The notes beneath the pieces are model-generated. The model saw only the letters and a program-made list of their open reading frames with translations, did no database searches and was not told the DNA's origin. From Gammaproteobacteria bacterium (GTDB lineage Bacteria > Pseudomonadota > Gammaproteobacteria > UBA4575): a stretch of 64,000 nucleotides of DNA. Position 1 is the stretch's first letter, and each line of letters starts with the position of its first letter. Below are positions 62,198-64,000 of this stretch, piece by piece. The stretch covers positions 1,088,001-1,152,000 of the forward strand of contig CBDEUS010000002.1 of assembly GCA_965243395.1 (NCBI GenBank), read 5' to 3'. The position numbers were made by a program, and so were the translations under genes.

Positions 62198-63598
62198 ATG
62201 TCTATTATCAAGTCTACTATTAATAACGCTATATCAATGGTTGCACTAATCGCACTGTTGCTATCTGTTAATACGCTGACTTTTGCGGATGAAAATAAGA
62301 ACATAAATGAGGAGCGAGTCTCTGCTGACCGGGCCTCAGCCAATGCGGTAATTTCATCTAATGGCCGTTATGTCGCTTTTCATTCAGCTGCGAGCAATTT
62401 CGTACCCAATGACAATAACAATCAACAAGATATATTTGTTTATGATCGAGAAAAGCAGACCATAGAACGCGTTTCTGTTGCAACGGATGGCACCGAAGCA
62501 AATAACTATTCACAATTTGCAAGTATTTCTGGTGATGGCCGTTATGTTACCTTCATGTCCTTGGCCAATAATCTTGTTGAAGAAAAGGATGAAAACTATC
62601 AAGTAGATGTTTTTTTACACGATCGTCAAACAAAAACAACGAAACTGGTTTCTAAGTCTCTAGAAGGGAATGCAGGTAATACAAAATCATTAAATCCAGT
62701 TATTTCAAAAAATGGTGGGCACATTGTATTTGAATCATTTGCACATGACTTAATTGAAAATGATGATAACGAAAATGCAGATGTCTTCGTTTATACAATT
62801 GAAAATGAAGCTATTGAACTTGCATCGATTACTTCAGATGACAAACAAGCCAATCACGGTTCGAGTACACCTTCAATTTCAGCAGATGGTAGATTTGTTG
62901 TTTACCATTCTGCAGCACGAAACTTAGTGCCAGAAGATAATAAGCGAAGTGATGACAGTGAGTGGAATTTTTCGGATGTTTTTTTGCGTGATCGCGAACT
63001 AAATAAAACTGAACTTATCTCTGTCAATCTAGAATCTAAGCCCGGCAACCATCCATCATTTCATGCATCAATCTCAGGTGATGGGCGCTATGTGGCCTTT
63101 ACTTCTATGGCAACTGATTTAGTGGAAAACTATCCTCAAACGTCTATTTATGTTGGGGGTAAAGGGCGAGTAGCACGACGTGTTGATATATTTGTTCGAG
63201 ATCGAGAAACCAATAAGACCCGACTTGTCTCAGCAACTTCAGATGGCACTGCGGGCAACCATCAGTCACAAGCACCAAAAATTTCTACAGATGGTCGTTA
63301 TGTATCATTTCAATCTGCCGCATCTAATTTAGTTGAAAATGCAATGCCTGGCGTAACAATTAATATTTATCGAAAAGATTTGTTAGAAAACAAAATGGAT
63401 GTGGTAACTAAATTTGATGGGCCAAAAGAAGCCAATGTTATGGCTGCACATTCTGCTGTCTCCAGTGATGGAACAATGGTTGTATTTGATACGAACTATG
63501 GTCATAGAGGAGCACAGTTGGCAAGAGAATCTGATGTTTATTTATGGAACGCAGAGACGGGCAAGCTCGAATTGATTTCTTTTGCACGTATTCCCTAA
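62198..63598 (+). CDS. Secreted TolB-like/PD40 beta-propeller protein
   Basis: About seven repeats of IS.DGRYV.F.S.A.NLV...DVF..DR; signal peptide ending TFA; track start 62162 lies inside the terminator. Confidence 0.85.
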   Translation: MSIIKSTINNAISMVALIALLLSVNTLTFADENKNINEERVSADRASANAVISSNGRYVAFHSAASNFVPNDNNNQQDIFVYDREKQTIERVSVATDGTEANNYSQFASISGDGRYVTFMSLANNLVEEKDENYQVDVFLHDRQTKTTKLVSKSLEGNAGNTKSLNPVISKNGGHIVFESFAHDLIENDDNENADVFVYTIENEAIELASITSDDKQANHGSSTPSISADGRFVVYHSAARNLVPEDNKRSDDSEWNFSDVFLRDRELNKTELISVNLESKPGNHPSFHASISGDGRYVAFTSMATDLVENYPQTSIYVGGKGRVARRVDIFVRDRETNKTRLVSATSDGTAGNHQSQAPKISTDGRYVSFQSAASNLVENAMPGVTINIYRKDLLENKMDVVTKFDGPKEANVMAAHSAVSSDGTMVVFDTNYGHRGAQLARESDVYLWNAETGKLELISFARIP

Positions 63599-63620
63599 AT
63601 GTTATTTTGAAATCAAGATT

Positions 63621-64000
63621 TCAAAGTTTAGTAAATCGCTCACCTAATACAACTGGTTTATCTGCGCCTGTGACGCTTGGTATATTGCCAGGTTCATTAT
63701 TTAAATGTTGTTTGGCTAACCAGGCAAAAGCCATGGCTTCCATCCATTTTGATGGCACTTCATAGTCACTCGTTTTTTGTATAGATATACCTTCAAGTTC
63801 CTTCTGTAGCTGCTCGACAAGATATTTATTATCACTTCCCCCACCACACAATAAAACTTTTTTAGTTTTTGGACACCATGCTTCTATACTTTCTGCAAGG
63901 GTATGAACAGTTAGCGCTAACAATGTTGCTTGAACATCTTCTGGAGCAAGAGAGGTGTTATATTCATCTAAATACTGCTGTACCCACTCCTTATTAAAAT
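63621..64000 (-). CDS. anmK: Anhydro-N-acetylmuramic acid kinase (3' part; runs off the window)
   Basis: DVQATL, LCGGG..N, EAMAFAWLA, PSVTGA. Confidence 0.9.
   Translation of the reverse strand, partial: FNKEWVQQYLDEYNTSLAPEDVQATLLALTVHTLAESIEAWCPKTKKVLLCGGGSDNKYLVEQLQKELEGISIQKTSDYEVPSKWMEAMAFAWLAKQHLNNEPGNIPSVTGADKPVVLGERFTKL

Noticed and set aside
62340-63500. Recurring DNA motifs such as GATGGCCGTTATGT
   Set aside because: They encode propeller blade repeats; not a CRISPR array or DNA repeat.

Overview
A 64-kb, AT-rich chromosomal window from a non-enteric gammaproteobacterium (inferred from SMC rather than MukBEF, HemJ, short type I QueF and Pseudomonas-like synteny). Most of it is housekeeping: trmJ-iscRSUA-hscBA-fdx-iscX; ndk-rlmN-pilW-rodZ-hisS-yfgM-bamB-der (ispG absent from its usual slot); MoxR/DUF58/transglutaminase; an ECF sigma/anti-sigma pair; cysZ, queF, smc-zipA-ligA; mpl; hemL-thiE-thiD; rppH; argC to erpA; and a partial anmK. 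Two accessory blocks stand out. (1) A 6.5-kb iron cluster (47.1-53.7 kb) carries four Fur-like boxes, bfr/bfd, an acidic porin + FMN-binding + PepSY membrane module (candidate reductive iron uptake), fur, hemP and two unknown proteins. The two unknown genes flank a mirror-symmetric bidirectional promoter built from a perfect 23-bp inverted repeat around a Fur box. (2) An insertion between erpA and anmK carries lpxD, a divergent truncated haemoglobin, a Tat-signal vanadium-dependent haloperoxidase and a secreted beta-propeller. Also seen: a rubredoxin gene missed by the ORF track, a ~130-bp palindromic element in the isc operon and IscR sites. No tRNA, rRNA, CRISPR array, transposase or integrase was recognised. 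All calls come from reading the sequence and recalled family motifs; no database searches were run.
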